Of a stretch of DNA of 64,000 bases, positions 27,148 to 39,217 are shown piece after piece. A program made the translations under genes and the position numbers. Source of the stretch: Ptychomitrium polyphyllum (lineage: Eukaryota). Each line of letters opens with the position of its first letter. The stretch's first letter is position 1. Below the pieces are notes generated by a model. That model made no database searches and had not been told where the DNA came from. It worked only from the letters and a program-made list of their open reading frames with translations. The stretch covers positions 4,464,001 to 4,528,000 of the forward strand of contig OZ316776.1 in assembly GCA_973851085.1 (NCBI GenBank). The letters are read 5' to 3'.

Positions 27148-29320
27148 TAATGGCAAGCAAAAGTTGCTAAACACTAAGTATAAGTATTGGAATTGGAAAT
27201 AAAGAAGTGTCAATTGTTTAAAAACTATCAAAAATAATTTTTTTTATTGTGTGTCTATATATTCATGAATCCACCAATAAATTAAGGTTCATAATAAAAA
27301 AACATCCTTAATAAAAAGCGGTCATGGTAGTTTATTACTAATATACATATAAAATTTTGCAACTTTACAATATGATTTTTTATTAATAGAAGCTATGTTA
27401 TATTGGAAATTGAAGGCTTTTAAAAGATGATGAGGTATTAACTGTTAGGGACACAAGAAACAAGAAGCAAAAACGAAATGTTTTCCAAGAATTAGCTTCC
27501 AAAGAGCTAATGATTTAACAAGAACTTGATACAAAGACTAGAACAAGGCAGGATTCAAGATGATCCACAACTTGTATTGGTAAGAATAAGGAATATCTTG
27601 TCTTGCTTCCTATTTATACTATGACGTTTGTATCTTTTAGGATACTTCTGAAGAAGCTTCCTACAAGGCTTAAGAATGTTCTAGAAGTCTAGGGAACCTT
27701 CCCAAGAAGTTTTCCAAGATATTGGAACCTTTCCAAGAAGTTTTCCAAGATGTTGGAACCTTCCTAAGAAACTTCCAAGGAGTTGGAATCGTCCATAGAT
27801 GTTGGAACCTTCCTAAGAAATTTCCTAAGGTGATGGAATCTTTGTAGGAAGTTTCTTAAGAAGGTACCTGAAATGATAGAGCCTTCCTAGGAAATTTCCT
27901 AAGGTAGAAGAATTTTCCTACGAAGCTTCCTAAAAACATGGAAAGGCTATGGAGACATTTAAAAGTATTCTAAGAAGCTATTATAGTATACTAAAAGGTT
28001 TTAGAATGTTCTAAGGACTATGTTGCATGATCTATGTCCGTGACATTAACTCTATTAGTTATTGCAAAGTCAACTTTGCCTCAATGTTCATAAGACAATT
28101 GCTTTGCATCAATGAATCTCTCATATAGTAAAATTGCAACTACTTTGGACCTTCTGAAGAGTAAGTGCTAAAATATTGTGCAATGATTTAGAAAAACAAG
28201 TGATGTGCAGGACAAGCTTAGATGTGATTGTCTTAGGATTTTTAATTTACATAATAATAGTGTGATGGTGATAAAGTTATACTTACTAGATAATAGAACA
28301 ATAACATTTGTGGGCCAATAATTGTTAGTTGCTAATTGCAAGTGATGGGTTTTAAAGACTTAATTTTTAAGAATGTATTAAAATGAAGAAACTTCTTTTA
28401 TTAGCACAACATTATAGACAACAATTTGTATCGTTAAAATTTACAAATAAGAGTAGTATGAAGAATGGAATAGAATTGTTTTATTTGATGAGACCAAATT
28501 CAATGTCTTTGGTTTTAAAAGACATCAATATTGTTGAAGATGTCTAAGGATATTTTTCATGATGCATATGTGCAACCTGTTATGAAACACAATGGAAGAA
28601 ACATTATGTTATGGAGATGTATGGTTGGCAGGGGTAGAGAGCATAAATCTAATTGAAGGTACAATAGGTGCAAAGCTTTATCTTAACATGCTTAAGTAAG
28701 ACCTTTTAGATATTATTCAAAGGCAAGGATCAAACATTGAACGTGTCATGTTCCAATAGGATAATGATTCTAAATACACATAAAATCTTCTCAAAATTTG
28801 ATTTGCAATGCAAAAATTTAATTTATTGGTACATCCATGCCAATTACTTAATATAAATCTTATATGTTACATATAGAAAGAAATAGATAGGTGACTAAGG
28901 AAGTCTACTTGAAAAGCAACAAATAAGGGTGACTTGTAGGACAAGGTTCAACAAATTTGGTTGAGTGTTGATAAAAAAACACAAAGGGGAACTATCTAAA
29001 TCAATGTCACAAATAACAAATAATGTTCACATCAAAGAAAGGCTATACATGTTGATAGGTATTTTTTTATAGGAGTGTACTTAATTTCACCTCTTCTATT
29101 TTGATAAGTTTGATTATGTGTGATTTGGGAATTTTCATGGGAATTTTTTTTAATTTAAACAAAAGTGATTGGACATTACCTACACCTTTTGTAAATAAGT
29201 TTTGTATGTTTCTTTTTTTTCCACACTTCGTTTTGTTTCTTTGCATTGGCTTTTATGAAGCAAAGGCCCTTCTATAGCATAACTTTGTGCAACATTCAGC
29301 TGATTTACAACTTGCCACTG
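27148..29320 (+). mobile_element. Decayed Tc1/mariner (DD34E-type) DNA transposon; transposase relic about 28100-29058
   Basis: Stop-riddled translation KMKKLLL..H, EEWNRIVLFDETKFNVFG, VQPVMKHNGRNIMLWRCM, FQ*DNDSKYT, HPCQLLNINLI, KKGYT matches Tc1 motifs (W..V.FSDE.KFN.FG, PTVKHGGGS.MVWGC, FQQDNDPKHT, P.QSPDLNPIE). The right end is GCCACTG|TA at 29320. The left end TA|TAATGGCAAG at 27148 is degenerate and less certain. Confidence 0.85.
27443..28045 (-). mobile_element. Solo LTR (603 bp) with 5-bp target-site duplication TTAAC
   Basis: Begins TGTTAGGG and ends CCGTGACA (TG...CA with imperfect short inverted ends). TTAAC lies at 27438-27442 and 28046-28050. Internal tandem GGAACCTTCC(T/C)AAGAA-type repeats; TATAAATAGG on the minus strand near 27610-27620. 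Confidence 0.85.
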
Positions 29321-29409
29321 TACATATCCATGATTTCCCTCACTCTAACAGCAGTATGGTACCAATTAAAGTTGTATTTAAATGCATTTATTGGATACCT
29401 GTATGTCCA

Positions 29410-29895
29410 ATTTTCCCAGTGTTTCAAGTGTGTGCAATCCGGTAGAAGTTGGGACATTGTTCAGGGTTGGCAGTCCAGCGTTGCTCCATCAAATGCAGAA
29501 AACCCCAAGGACAGTCATGAGGAATAGTGGGCTTCAAATTCGTGATTCACCACCCCATGTGCAACTTGGATACGAATCAAGTTTCGGTAAAAGCCACAAT
29601 TCTGTAACATCCACCTAGGAGCTACATTCTGTCTTCAAACATCTGATCTCAAAATCTATCAACTTGGAGTGCACATCCTCAGCCATCACAAAATTCTCTG
29701 ACTTGAAGTCCCCCGTGGACTATGCCTTGAGAATGCAAGTACCCCGTCGCTATTGCAACATGAAGAGCCATGGACAGGATGGTGTTCATGATCAGTGATC
29801 CTAGTTCGTGCTGGTGCAGAAAAGCTCGAAATGAGGCATCCGGGATATATTCCATGACGATACGACACTGGAGGTTTTCAGGAGGCAGCCACAAA
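29410..29895 (-). pseudogene. Fragment of a Raf-like (HT1-type, group C MAPKKK) protein kinase
   Basis: After acceptor TTTTGCAG the broken frames read FVAAS*KPPV, IVMEYIPDASFRAFLHQHE, MALHVAIATGYLHSQGIVHG, DFKSENFVMAEDVHSKLIDFEI, then LKPTIPHDCP..LMEQRWTANPEQCPNF. There are stops, frameshifts and an internal deletion of the activation segment region. Confidence 0.8.
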
Positions 29896-30024
29896 CTGCA
29901 AAACGTTGGGACAAGCAGTGAACAAAGAGTCTACATGCCTCTAATGTTGGAACTTCACACTGAACATTGCTCTTATAACCGTTCTCATGTTTACAATTAA
30001 AGTTGGTCACCTTGCCGAATGATT

Positions 30025-32570
30025 TCAAGTTGCTGTTTGGCTCTTAGAAATCGCATAGAAGTGGCCATTGTCTCCGATCACCGCCACGTTGTCAACCTCG
30101 GCTGCCTCCTTACTTAGCACTCTCTTTGCCTCATTCTGAAACGTCGTGTTTGCAAGTTCAAGCAGCTTGTCAATAGCATTCGGCAAGGTGACGAACTTTC
30201 CAACTCCTGAATACAGAGCTTCTTTGCTCTGCGGATGACATGGACGTATGATGACTCGCTTCGGAGACCGTTCTTTGGAATCCATAACATAACTCTTCCT
30301 ACCACCAGAAGGGTTAGTAATCAGCTGCTGCAAACTTTTGTGCCGCCTTGCCATTTGCTTCTGATCAATATATCAATCGTAGGGATATATTTGAGAGCTT
30401 CTGCTTAAGGCATTTCACTTATGTTGGACTGGTGACTGTCGTGGAAGGTGTTGCAGGATGTATGGTGATGATGGCATCCTTCATGGATGATGTAGCAGGT
30501 TGGCGAGTTCAGGAATATCAACGTTCTTTTCAGCAAGTTAGAGTAGCGTTGGGAGGTAATGCCTCCCCTGTGTAGGATTTGCGCCTTTAACCAGAAGAAA
30601 CTTCACCATGGACATATGCCCGTGCAGAATCGCAACGTGGAGATGAGTGAGGCCGTCGTCGTCGATGTCATCAATGCTGGCGCCGAATTCTAAGAAACCT
30701 TCGATGAGATCTGTGTTGCAAACTCGCACCGCTTGTCGGAGGACCTGGCCTTTGTCTGCGTTCTGCAATGTGGTTCCGCTCTCCCAGAGAATCTTCACTG
30801 TGACAGGGTCGCGGGCGATGAGAGCTTCGGTTAATGGCGCTTCACCGTTCCCGTCTACCCTGTTAGCATCAGCATTGTGGTGTAATATGAGCTTCACGCA
30901 TTCAAGGTAACATTTCGTGGATGCTATCGGCAGGGGAATTCGACGGTTGTAAACGCCCTTGTTGGGATCTGCGTCTTCGTTCAGCAATTGCTCTATGAGT
31001 TTTGCATTTCCTTTCGCTACCGCAGAATTCAAACTTGTCGCCAAGTCGCCGCCATCAGCAAGGAACTTCTCAGATGAAAGCTCCTCGAAGCGTGGTTCGT
31101 TAAACTCTCACAAACACTGTAGCAGATTGTTCACAACCCTTTGCCCGTCTTTCAAAAAAGATTAAACCGCATTCATGAACACTGTACAGTCAAAGCACAG
31201 AAGCTGTAAAAATTTCGTGCTTCGCACCTTGAAACGCTTGCGGCATGGAACAGAACACTCCAATTTCGCCGATCACATCCCCTGTCTTGGCTGTAACCAA
31301 AACCTCCTCCATGCTCAAAATCTCAACTGCGCCATTGACAAAGATGTATAACTCAGAAGGTGCCTCTTTGCAAAGAATGATCTCCCACCAGGTGGGTAAT
31401 ACTGAGCCTTGATCTCGGTAACCAGCTGTGTGAGAAAATTGTACGAGGTCCCATGAAAGAGGTACACTTTCTCCACTATCTCCAGAAACAAGTGTTGTGC
31501 GATGGAAGACCGAATTGCTTTAGGCAGCACAGCCATGCTATCTTGATGCTGAAAATCATCAACCCTGAACTTCAGCTGCATTTTAACAAGCATTTGGTCT
31601 TGAACCGCAATCGGCAACTGGTTCCTAGTTGCGAACCCTGTCACTGCTTCAACAGAAGCACGATAAGCTTGAGTACGCGCCGTGAGTTTCGTGACGAGAA
31701 TGGTTATGTTTCCAATGATAATGGCTGTGAGTGCCAAGTTCATCAACACAAGAAACATGTCAAACGTCATCCCTTCCATGTTAATAGGATGCAAATTGCC
31801 ATACTCCACCGTCGTCAAGGTAGTAGTCAACTAATACATGCTAATCAGATAACGAATCCACAGCAATTCCTCCCAGAACTTGGGCCAATTTGCCGTCAAC
31901 CATGTCGGTTTGTTCGTGGATGCTGCAGAGCGAGCAAATAGAAAGTACAAACCGCAAAATGACACACTGATACCATCACCAGGAAGAGCTTCACACAACG
32001 AGTTCAGAATTAACTGAGCCGCACATCTTTCTCAAGTTTTACAAGCATGGCACTGATACGCCGCAAGCGCCAAGGACGAAGCAAGTTGAGGAGGCTGAAA
32101 CCCCAATTTTCTTCCATATTTCCCTGTGAAGATGAGTGATACGACCTCAAATGGCACTGTTGATGCAACGTTAAGGACGAACCTGGTGCTTATCAACAGA
32201 CGGCTAGCGATTTCGGTGAGGCTGTCGACAATGAGAAACGTAGATGGGTCGATACGCGACGAAGAAGGTTGGGATGATGTCGATTGCGAAGAATCCGTTG
32301 ACGAACATGTTGATTGCGAGGAGAGCGCCATATTGATTTTGAACGAACCTGAACCCGAAATGGGACATCCATGAGGAGGAGAATACCCAACACAAGCAAG
32401 GCATTGCACCAGAGCTTGTAGCGATGATTGTGAGAGTCGATGACATGCTTGTTAAGAACTGAGTTGCGGCTGCTCACGTTTGCTCTGCTTCCGAGTCCAG
32501 GCAAGATGCCGCCGCTATCCAAGTGCACCGGCTCTGGATTTGCTGGTTCCTCGTGGCGTTTTATCACCAT
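30025..32570 (-). pseudogene. Intronless AKT1-type Shaker inward-rectifying K+ channel pseudogene (TM S1-S6, pore, CNBD, ankyrin repeats, KHA)
   Basis: Frameshifted collinear pieces: GILPGLG, NGFFAIDII.TFFVAY, VASTVPFE, LLRPWRLRRIS, TTLTTVEYGNLHP (mutated TTVGYGDLH filter), LPKAIRSSIAQHLF, ankyrin repeats at 30538-31044 and the KHA domain KRVII..GKFVTLP..EVDNVAVIGD. The span is about 850 codons with no room for introns; multiple stops. Confidence 0.92.
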
Positions 32571-33740
32571 TTGAAATCCTATCTTCATGATCTTCATAAT
32601 CTTGAAAATCAAGTTAGAAGCCAACTCATTGTAGAGTTTCTTTTTCTGGTTGTAGGGATTCTTTCAAGATGCAAATGAAAACTTTCAAGTGAGTCACTGT
32701 AAGTCAAATGAAAACTCTCAAGTGACTTCACTCGCGTTAGAATACGGATCGCAATGCTGACTGAGACCTGACTAAATCGTTTTAGATAGTAACCTACTTA
32801 AAGAGCAAATGAAACTAAAATTAAAAAACACTGTTGATAGAACCAAGATACAGAATGATAATAGGTTTTACACCTGAGTTACCGTATTTATATGTAACAC
32901 AACGACGTAAGCGTAAAAGAGGTTGTTGCATGTGAAGAAAGCAGAATAGGACTTTGAAAGATGGTGAAAACACATAAAAGTCAAAGCAAATCTAAAGCAA
33001 AAGTCGTCAGAAACATTATTAAACATAATTGACCAGCACACTGTAACTTAAGGCATCATGAGCTTTCATTACGTCTAGGAAAGTCCAAAGTCGCACCTTC
33101 AAAAAATTACAAGTTGTTGACACCCGGGTTACAAAAACTTTAGGTGCTCCCATGGGTGTTTCAAAAAAAGGTTTTCTGCAACTAGAACGCCGTATATATT
33201 AGGTTTCGAGGTTGATTTTAAAAATGTTGTAATTTGTAACCTACTATACATTTGCAAGGTTTTCGGTTTAACATATACATTGCACAACACAATCAAGCCA
33301 TAGGTTGCAGAACAAGATGATCTCAGCGAGCAGCTTTGGAGGAGGGACTTCTAGGAACATTCTTCCACCTTTGCTTTATGGAGTGCTCATGCCCCTTGAA
33401 TTAACTAGACTTGGTAAGACTTCGCATAAGGAATTCCTCATCAGATCTGTCAGGTTACAAATGAAGAGATCAGTTTCACCCTAGGACAGAAGTCTTAAGA
33501 TACAGTAAAAATTTAAGAAAATTTCTCAATATACTGCATCAATCTCATTTCTTAACTACAAAACATGAATATCCAACCATTTAAACTTGACAAAGTCAGG
33601 AACCAGCCTGAATAAACCAAGTATTCTCCATCTCAGCAATTCTAGAACGATCTGATGCATGCCCCCCAAAAAGCGGTTCTTAAATTACATACTTATGACC
33701 CCCGTCTGGAGTAATACAACTGAATCGCGAATCTCAAGGT

Positions 33741-36700
33741 TCAAATATGCACCTTGCGTAGCGTCGGAGCAGTTAAGCAGAGGACCACCCGGTAATTTTT
33801 CCCCGGTTGTACCATTCCTTTCATTTTCGGCAGCTTCACATGATGGACATAATTTTTTTTGGCCTGGAAAGGTATTAAGGTCTGTCTACTTGTGCTGCAT
33901 CCAAGACTATTGGATGTCAGATCTGGTTCACACACTCCATCGGTAATTGCAGGTGGACTTTCCACCATGTTCGTGAATTTGCGCTTCAGACGGCGATAAA
34001 CTTCGTTACTTTCATTCGGCTGAAGAACATCTTTTCTGTCGTCCAACTGAAGAACGACTGCTGTCACCTATGCGTGATACCAAGAACAGTTAACCAAGTA
34101 AAAACAAGGTGTTGTTAGACAAAAGCAAAATCCTAGAAACAGAACAACTGATTTCCACTTCTTTTTAGAGCAGATCAACGGAGTGAGCTAAGGACGTCAG
34201 TGCATTGCTCAAGTAGGACCAAAGAAGCATATGGGTTCGGGAATGGCTAATATGGATCAATGACTACTCTACTAAAATATACAACTGCTGGTCTCAATAT
34301 CGAAAGAATCAGGCCTGAGTGCGTTAGTCACGGGTCTGAGAAATACCTGACAATCTGGACCCTCGGTTTCTATGCAATCCCCAGACTGAGATCTAGACTC
34401 TGTCATTGCTCCTGGCCAAGGCCTGAAAGCACCCTCCATGCATGAATGCTGCATCAAAAAAACATCGCCTAAATCAGGTATATGAGGAAAAATAATAAAA
34501 GGCGATAGTATTAAGTGACACAGTGTTTGCAAAGTTCTGACAACATATACAACTGTACCTGAAGCCAAAAGAAAAATCCTCGTAGTAATGCCAACTTTAG
34601 AGGAGGACTTTGAGCCTCTTCCAACTTTAAAGCAAAGTCTGCACGGCACATAAAAGAATCTTTTAGTTGAACACAACTTGCTCAAGAACCCAGACACCCG
34701 CAGCCGGGAGTGAACTTTATTTCAAACCTATACTATTAACACAGCAGTCTGCAAAGTCTAATTCATTTAAACGTAATTACAGCAGACATTAAAGTTACCT
34801 TGATGATGGTCTAGGTAAGAGAAACCTTCGTCTTGTGTAACCACATCAACAATTCGGCTCCGCATCTGGCGAAGTTTTTGAACAGGTTTGCGGCATTTGG
34901 CAGATTCTTCTAAAATTTCTAACTCTTTCGCATTGAACGGTTGTGCTAGTGCAGATTTCAATTTCGTGCGGTATTCTGTCCCTTGAGGATCACTTGGGCA
35001 TTCCTGCAGTCATATTTATCTTTCACTAGGAATGCTCAATCATGAAAATATAACCTCCAAGAAATCAAAGGAAGACGAAGTCAGCTGAATTAGAAGAAAA
35101 GACGAGGCTATGTATCACTAGTAGGATGAGGTTGGGGGGAAGAGAAGACAATTGAATGACACTCTTCTGAATAATATAAAACTTGTCGGATGGTGTCATT
35201 CAATTGCCCTTTCTCCCCCCTCAAACCCCACCTCCCCGGAATCTACTAGCGTACACTACAACGTTAATAAAGTCTCTTATTATAGCATCACAACATTTCA
35301 ATGAATCTTTCAAGGCGGCTCTAGGTGTATACTCACCAATTCCCGCTGCTCAAACATAAGTTGAATCGCACCACTGGTAAGTCCAGTTTTGGCACCGTTG
35401 AGGACACTAGCTCTTCTCATCGTCGAAATGAGCGCACCTTCTGAGACGTCCTTGCTTGTCCTTGCTTGGCCGCCAGGAGTATCTGCGTCATTAGTGAACT
35501 TTCTTCTTGGACCTACTTCGTTACTATTGTCAACTCCAAAAATGCAGGCGTTGTCTTCGCTGAGAGTGGTTGGCTCTAATTTACATTTCACTCCAGAGAA
35601 GTAACCAAGCAATGAGGACCTTGAAGACTTAAGCTCGCTTAAAAGAGCATGTCGCTGTTCCCCACTGTACCCTTCCAGTTTGATTCTTTTAGCCACAGCC
35701 GTATCTTTCCTATCTGATTCTCCAACATTGTTTCCAGCATTTACTTCAACATACTCCCTTTTGCATGTTCTCATTCCGCTGTTCCTGTTTCTGAGATCTA
35801 AATCTTCCTGAATGAGTGTGGAGGCTGTATCGTCCTTAAATTTTTGTTCAACTCTCCGAGTAGCAGCCTGCACTTCGTTCTCTTTCCCCTTCAAAAATCT
35901 GCCTCCGGGGACCTCCAATCTGGCATCTATGCTGTCTATATCTCGACAATTAATCGAGGGAGAAACCTCGACTTGGTTCCTTTTCGTAAGAAGAGCACCT
36001 CGCACTAAACCTTTCTTCCGTTTCTGAGACTGATATGCAGTACCAAAGTGGTGTCAGACCTAAGAACAAGATTATAGAATCAAAAGAAAAAATTCGAAAA
36101 GTAGAATTCCAGATGTAGTTTAGACTCTAACTGACATGAACTACTACGTACCTCAACAAATTTCTTGAGAACCTTCATGCAAATCTTTCCTTCATGTAAT
36201 TGGGTAGAAGTTTCTTCATTCAAAGTAAACTTGTCCGTGCCTTCGCTAGACGATGGTGCATCATGCACTTCAGAATTTTCTGACGTGTCCTTCCATTGAA
36301 ATCTTCCACAGTTCGTCCAATCCCGGCCCACCTTCCGCTGAGCGATCTCTTCAGGCAATTGACCAGTTTCAAGATGAACAAGGTAATCATGTACGTTCGA
36401 AAATCCGGCCTTGCGTGCGTGTGATACTAATTGGCCCGTTGGAGACTTCCCATCTGCCTTCCGACAAGGTCCACAATTGCAGCTGCAAAATCATCCAATA
36501 CTGAGCTCCAGTTACAAAAAGTCGAGAACAACAATAAATGAAAGCCTAGCAACAGAACTAAATTATTGATAATAAACACTAGATTAAATTTTATTAGGGC
36601 AGACAGTTTAAAGAATGAGGCTTTGAGTGCTCACCAGTTTTCACAACCTGGGCCGCAACCATTCCTGCATTTGGGACAAAGCCATCTCACTCCTTCAGCC

Positions 36701-38406
36701 AGCTCTTCCCGAACGTTCTCTCCATTTCTATTCATGAGACAAGGGCCACAGTAGTAAATTGTACACTCTCTACACTTCGCATGATGCTCCACGGTTTTCT
36801 GACGGCACCAATGACAGGTCCTGCCAAGAGATGAGTCATAAATACGACCACTCTGTATCCGTCTGCCTGGCTTGCTGTTCCTATTTTTTATTTCTTTTTC
36901 TTTCTGGCTTTCCTGTTCTTTCTCCCTCTTCTTAGATCTGCAAGAAAGCATTCTGTCGTCGGCCCCATTATGCACATGAGTGGGCAAACATTCGTCTTCG
37001 GTCTCTTCGGAGTCGTCAGAGCTAGGTGAAGAATGTTCATTTTCTGAAAACTTTTGAGATGCCTGGGGTTTTTTACGTTCGGTCAAGACGCCACTTCGAT
37101 ACTCAGGCGTGGAATTCAGCAACTCCTGCTTCACTGCGTTTCTGAGAATCTGGGACATCTCGTTTTGTAATGCCGCTCTCTCAAGCTCTTTCAATGAGCC
37201 GCCCGCTTCAGTCTCTCTATAGTTGTCCACAGGCTCGCACTTCACGTGACTCGAAATACTCAGATTCAAATGACCAGCAGCCTTTTTTACCCTCGTAGTT
37301 GGTATCAAAGACATTTCCTCACATCCCACATCTACTTGAGAATGCTCCATCGCCTCAAGTTTGGGCACCTCACTAGGAAACATGTCCAAGGCAGACACCA
37401 ACTTCTTAGGTGTTGCATCAGAAGGAGCATCTACCTTCCTGCTCTGTACATGTGTTTCGGTTTCACTAGACGGCCCTCCTCCGAGTCCTCCAAACATGTC
37501 CATAGCAGTTATCATATTGTCCCTAGACTCAACTGCTTCCACTTTCACAGGTCCCAATACTTTCTGCACTGATAGTAACGACCCTGCGGTTACCATCACC
37601 GCCGTCGACATCTCCAAAGTTGAACTATCACTCGAAGCTGGTGTTAGGGGTTTCTTGGTTTGCCCAACAATCAAATCATCCGGTATCGTGAACAAGGCCA
37701 TCATTAAGCTCTTCACAGGTGAAACAGGCACAACCGCAGCCTGCGTAGACGATTGCAAAGCATCTCCTCCACTAACAGACCTAACTTCTGTCTGTGGAAC
37801 AGACTCTTTCCCACATGGAAATACAACAATAGATTCAGCATCGACACATTTATTCACATGAGCTGTCGACAGTATCTCCCCATCGCCCGTGCCTGAGACA
37901 TCATGGAAGATGCTGTCATTGGTGACACATGAGCCAGGGCTGAGAACTTGCTCCATCTTAACCGGTTGGAGCGACATAACACCCGGCTTCTGAATTTCAA
38001 AAGCCTTAGCACCAAACTCCATCCCTGCAAGAGAATTGTACCCCAATTGCACACCTCGGGGTGAGAACCGCATCATGGTGTTCGCCCTAACCACAAAACT
38101 CGCAGCCTCGGGACTCTGAACGACAGGCGAAGGCTCTTTCTCGCCCACCACATTCTCCGATTCACAGCAATCCATCAGCTCCGGCTTGACGAGCCCGAAA
38201 TTGGCAAGCCGACTTAACCCCTCGTCTTGCTTCCCTCCCTTGTACTCCTCCGGGGTCTTCTTCTCTACCCTATACTCCTGCGTCAGCTTCGTCTGTACAA
38301 GGCTGCTTTTCGGAGTCCCCACAGCTCTCTTCCCGATCTCCATTGCCCTCTCGCTCACGTAAAATCTTCCCCCACCACCAGGATCACTCCCCTCCCAGAC
38401 ATCCAC
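33741..38406 (-). CDS. CDCA7-like zf-4CXXC_R1 zinc-finger protein with a long disordered N-terminus and a C-terminal plant domain; exons about 38406-36635, 36482-36152, 36029-35337, 35003-34799, about 34638-34559, about 34448-34347, 34067-33741
   Basis: RIYDSSLGRTCHWCRQKT..CREC..YCGPCLMNRNGE..WLCPKCRNGCGPGCENC|CNCGPCRK..PTGQL..ARKAGFSNVHDYL is the zf-4CXXC_R1 pattern. Downstream GT-AG exons splice in frame to YRTKLKSALAQPFN..SYLDHH..LALLRGFFFWLQHSCMEGAFRPW. The 3' exon choices are less certain. Confidence 0.85.
35116..35251. mobile_element. Miniature CACTA (En/Spm)-type fold-back element in an intron
   Basis: Termini CACTAGTAGG...TCTACTAGCG (near CACTAGTAG/CTACTAGTG). Internal arms GGGGGAAGAGAAGACAATTGAATGACAC and GTGTCATTCAATTGCCCTTTCTCCCCC. 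Flanks TAT/TAC look like a 3-bp TSD with one mismatch. Confidence 0.65.
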
Positions 38407-39217
38407 ATCCCGGAATGCTTGTAACCATAACCATGGCCACCAAATAAGACCATTGCAACGATCAGCCGATTCCCCCTCGTCAATGCAAAAGACTAATCCA
38501 AGAAGTTCATCAATCCAAGATGCTCAACCTCATCAGATTCCCATCACAACGTACACCACCAGCAGATTAAACACTTGTATCCTTGCCCACCCTCCCTACC
38601 TTTACAAAGCCCATCCCAACAAACTCAACACCCCAACCGAGACGAACCAGACCAAAGATCGACTCATGCCCGCATTCTAAAAACCACGCTACCGAGGCCT
38701 CATCGCAATTGCACACTCTCTCACTCCAACTCTTCGCCAAGTAATTCTCCCTGTCCCCCTGCAGACATGGCCTCGTTTACGCACACTTCACCCTTCGGTA
38801 TAGTTGACGTTGCTATTTGGCTGCAACTGATCGCCCACCGTTCCGCTTTCCCACTGAGTCTAGTCACTAACGAACTAGTTCTGGTACACCACCACAGTCC
38901 GCTACAACCCACCACAAACGCTTCCAACTCTCCCACGCCTCGCCATCCGTTGCCATCACTCTCCCTCGACCTTGACAGCGGCAGAGGAGTTCAGTACACT
39001 TGTCACGCATCGTCACTCATCACCCCCGCGGCACTTAATCTGGACACTAAGTAAGGCGTCCCATGTCATGATCAGAGCTAATTAACCACAGCAAGTGGAA
39101 GCTTGAAGGGAGCCAACCCCATTGATGGAGTGAAGGGCGAAGAATGCGAGCGTTGTGACGGGCACGGGTGAGAGTAGGGGGTGGGCCACCCCTCCCTCTC
39201 TCCCCAATTGGGAAGCG

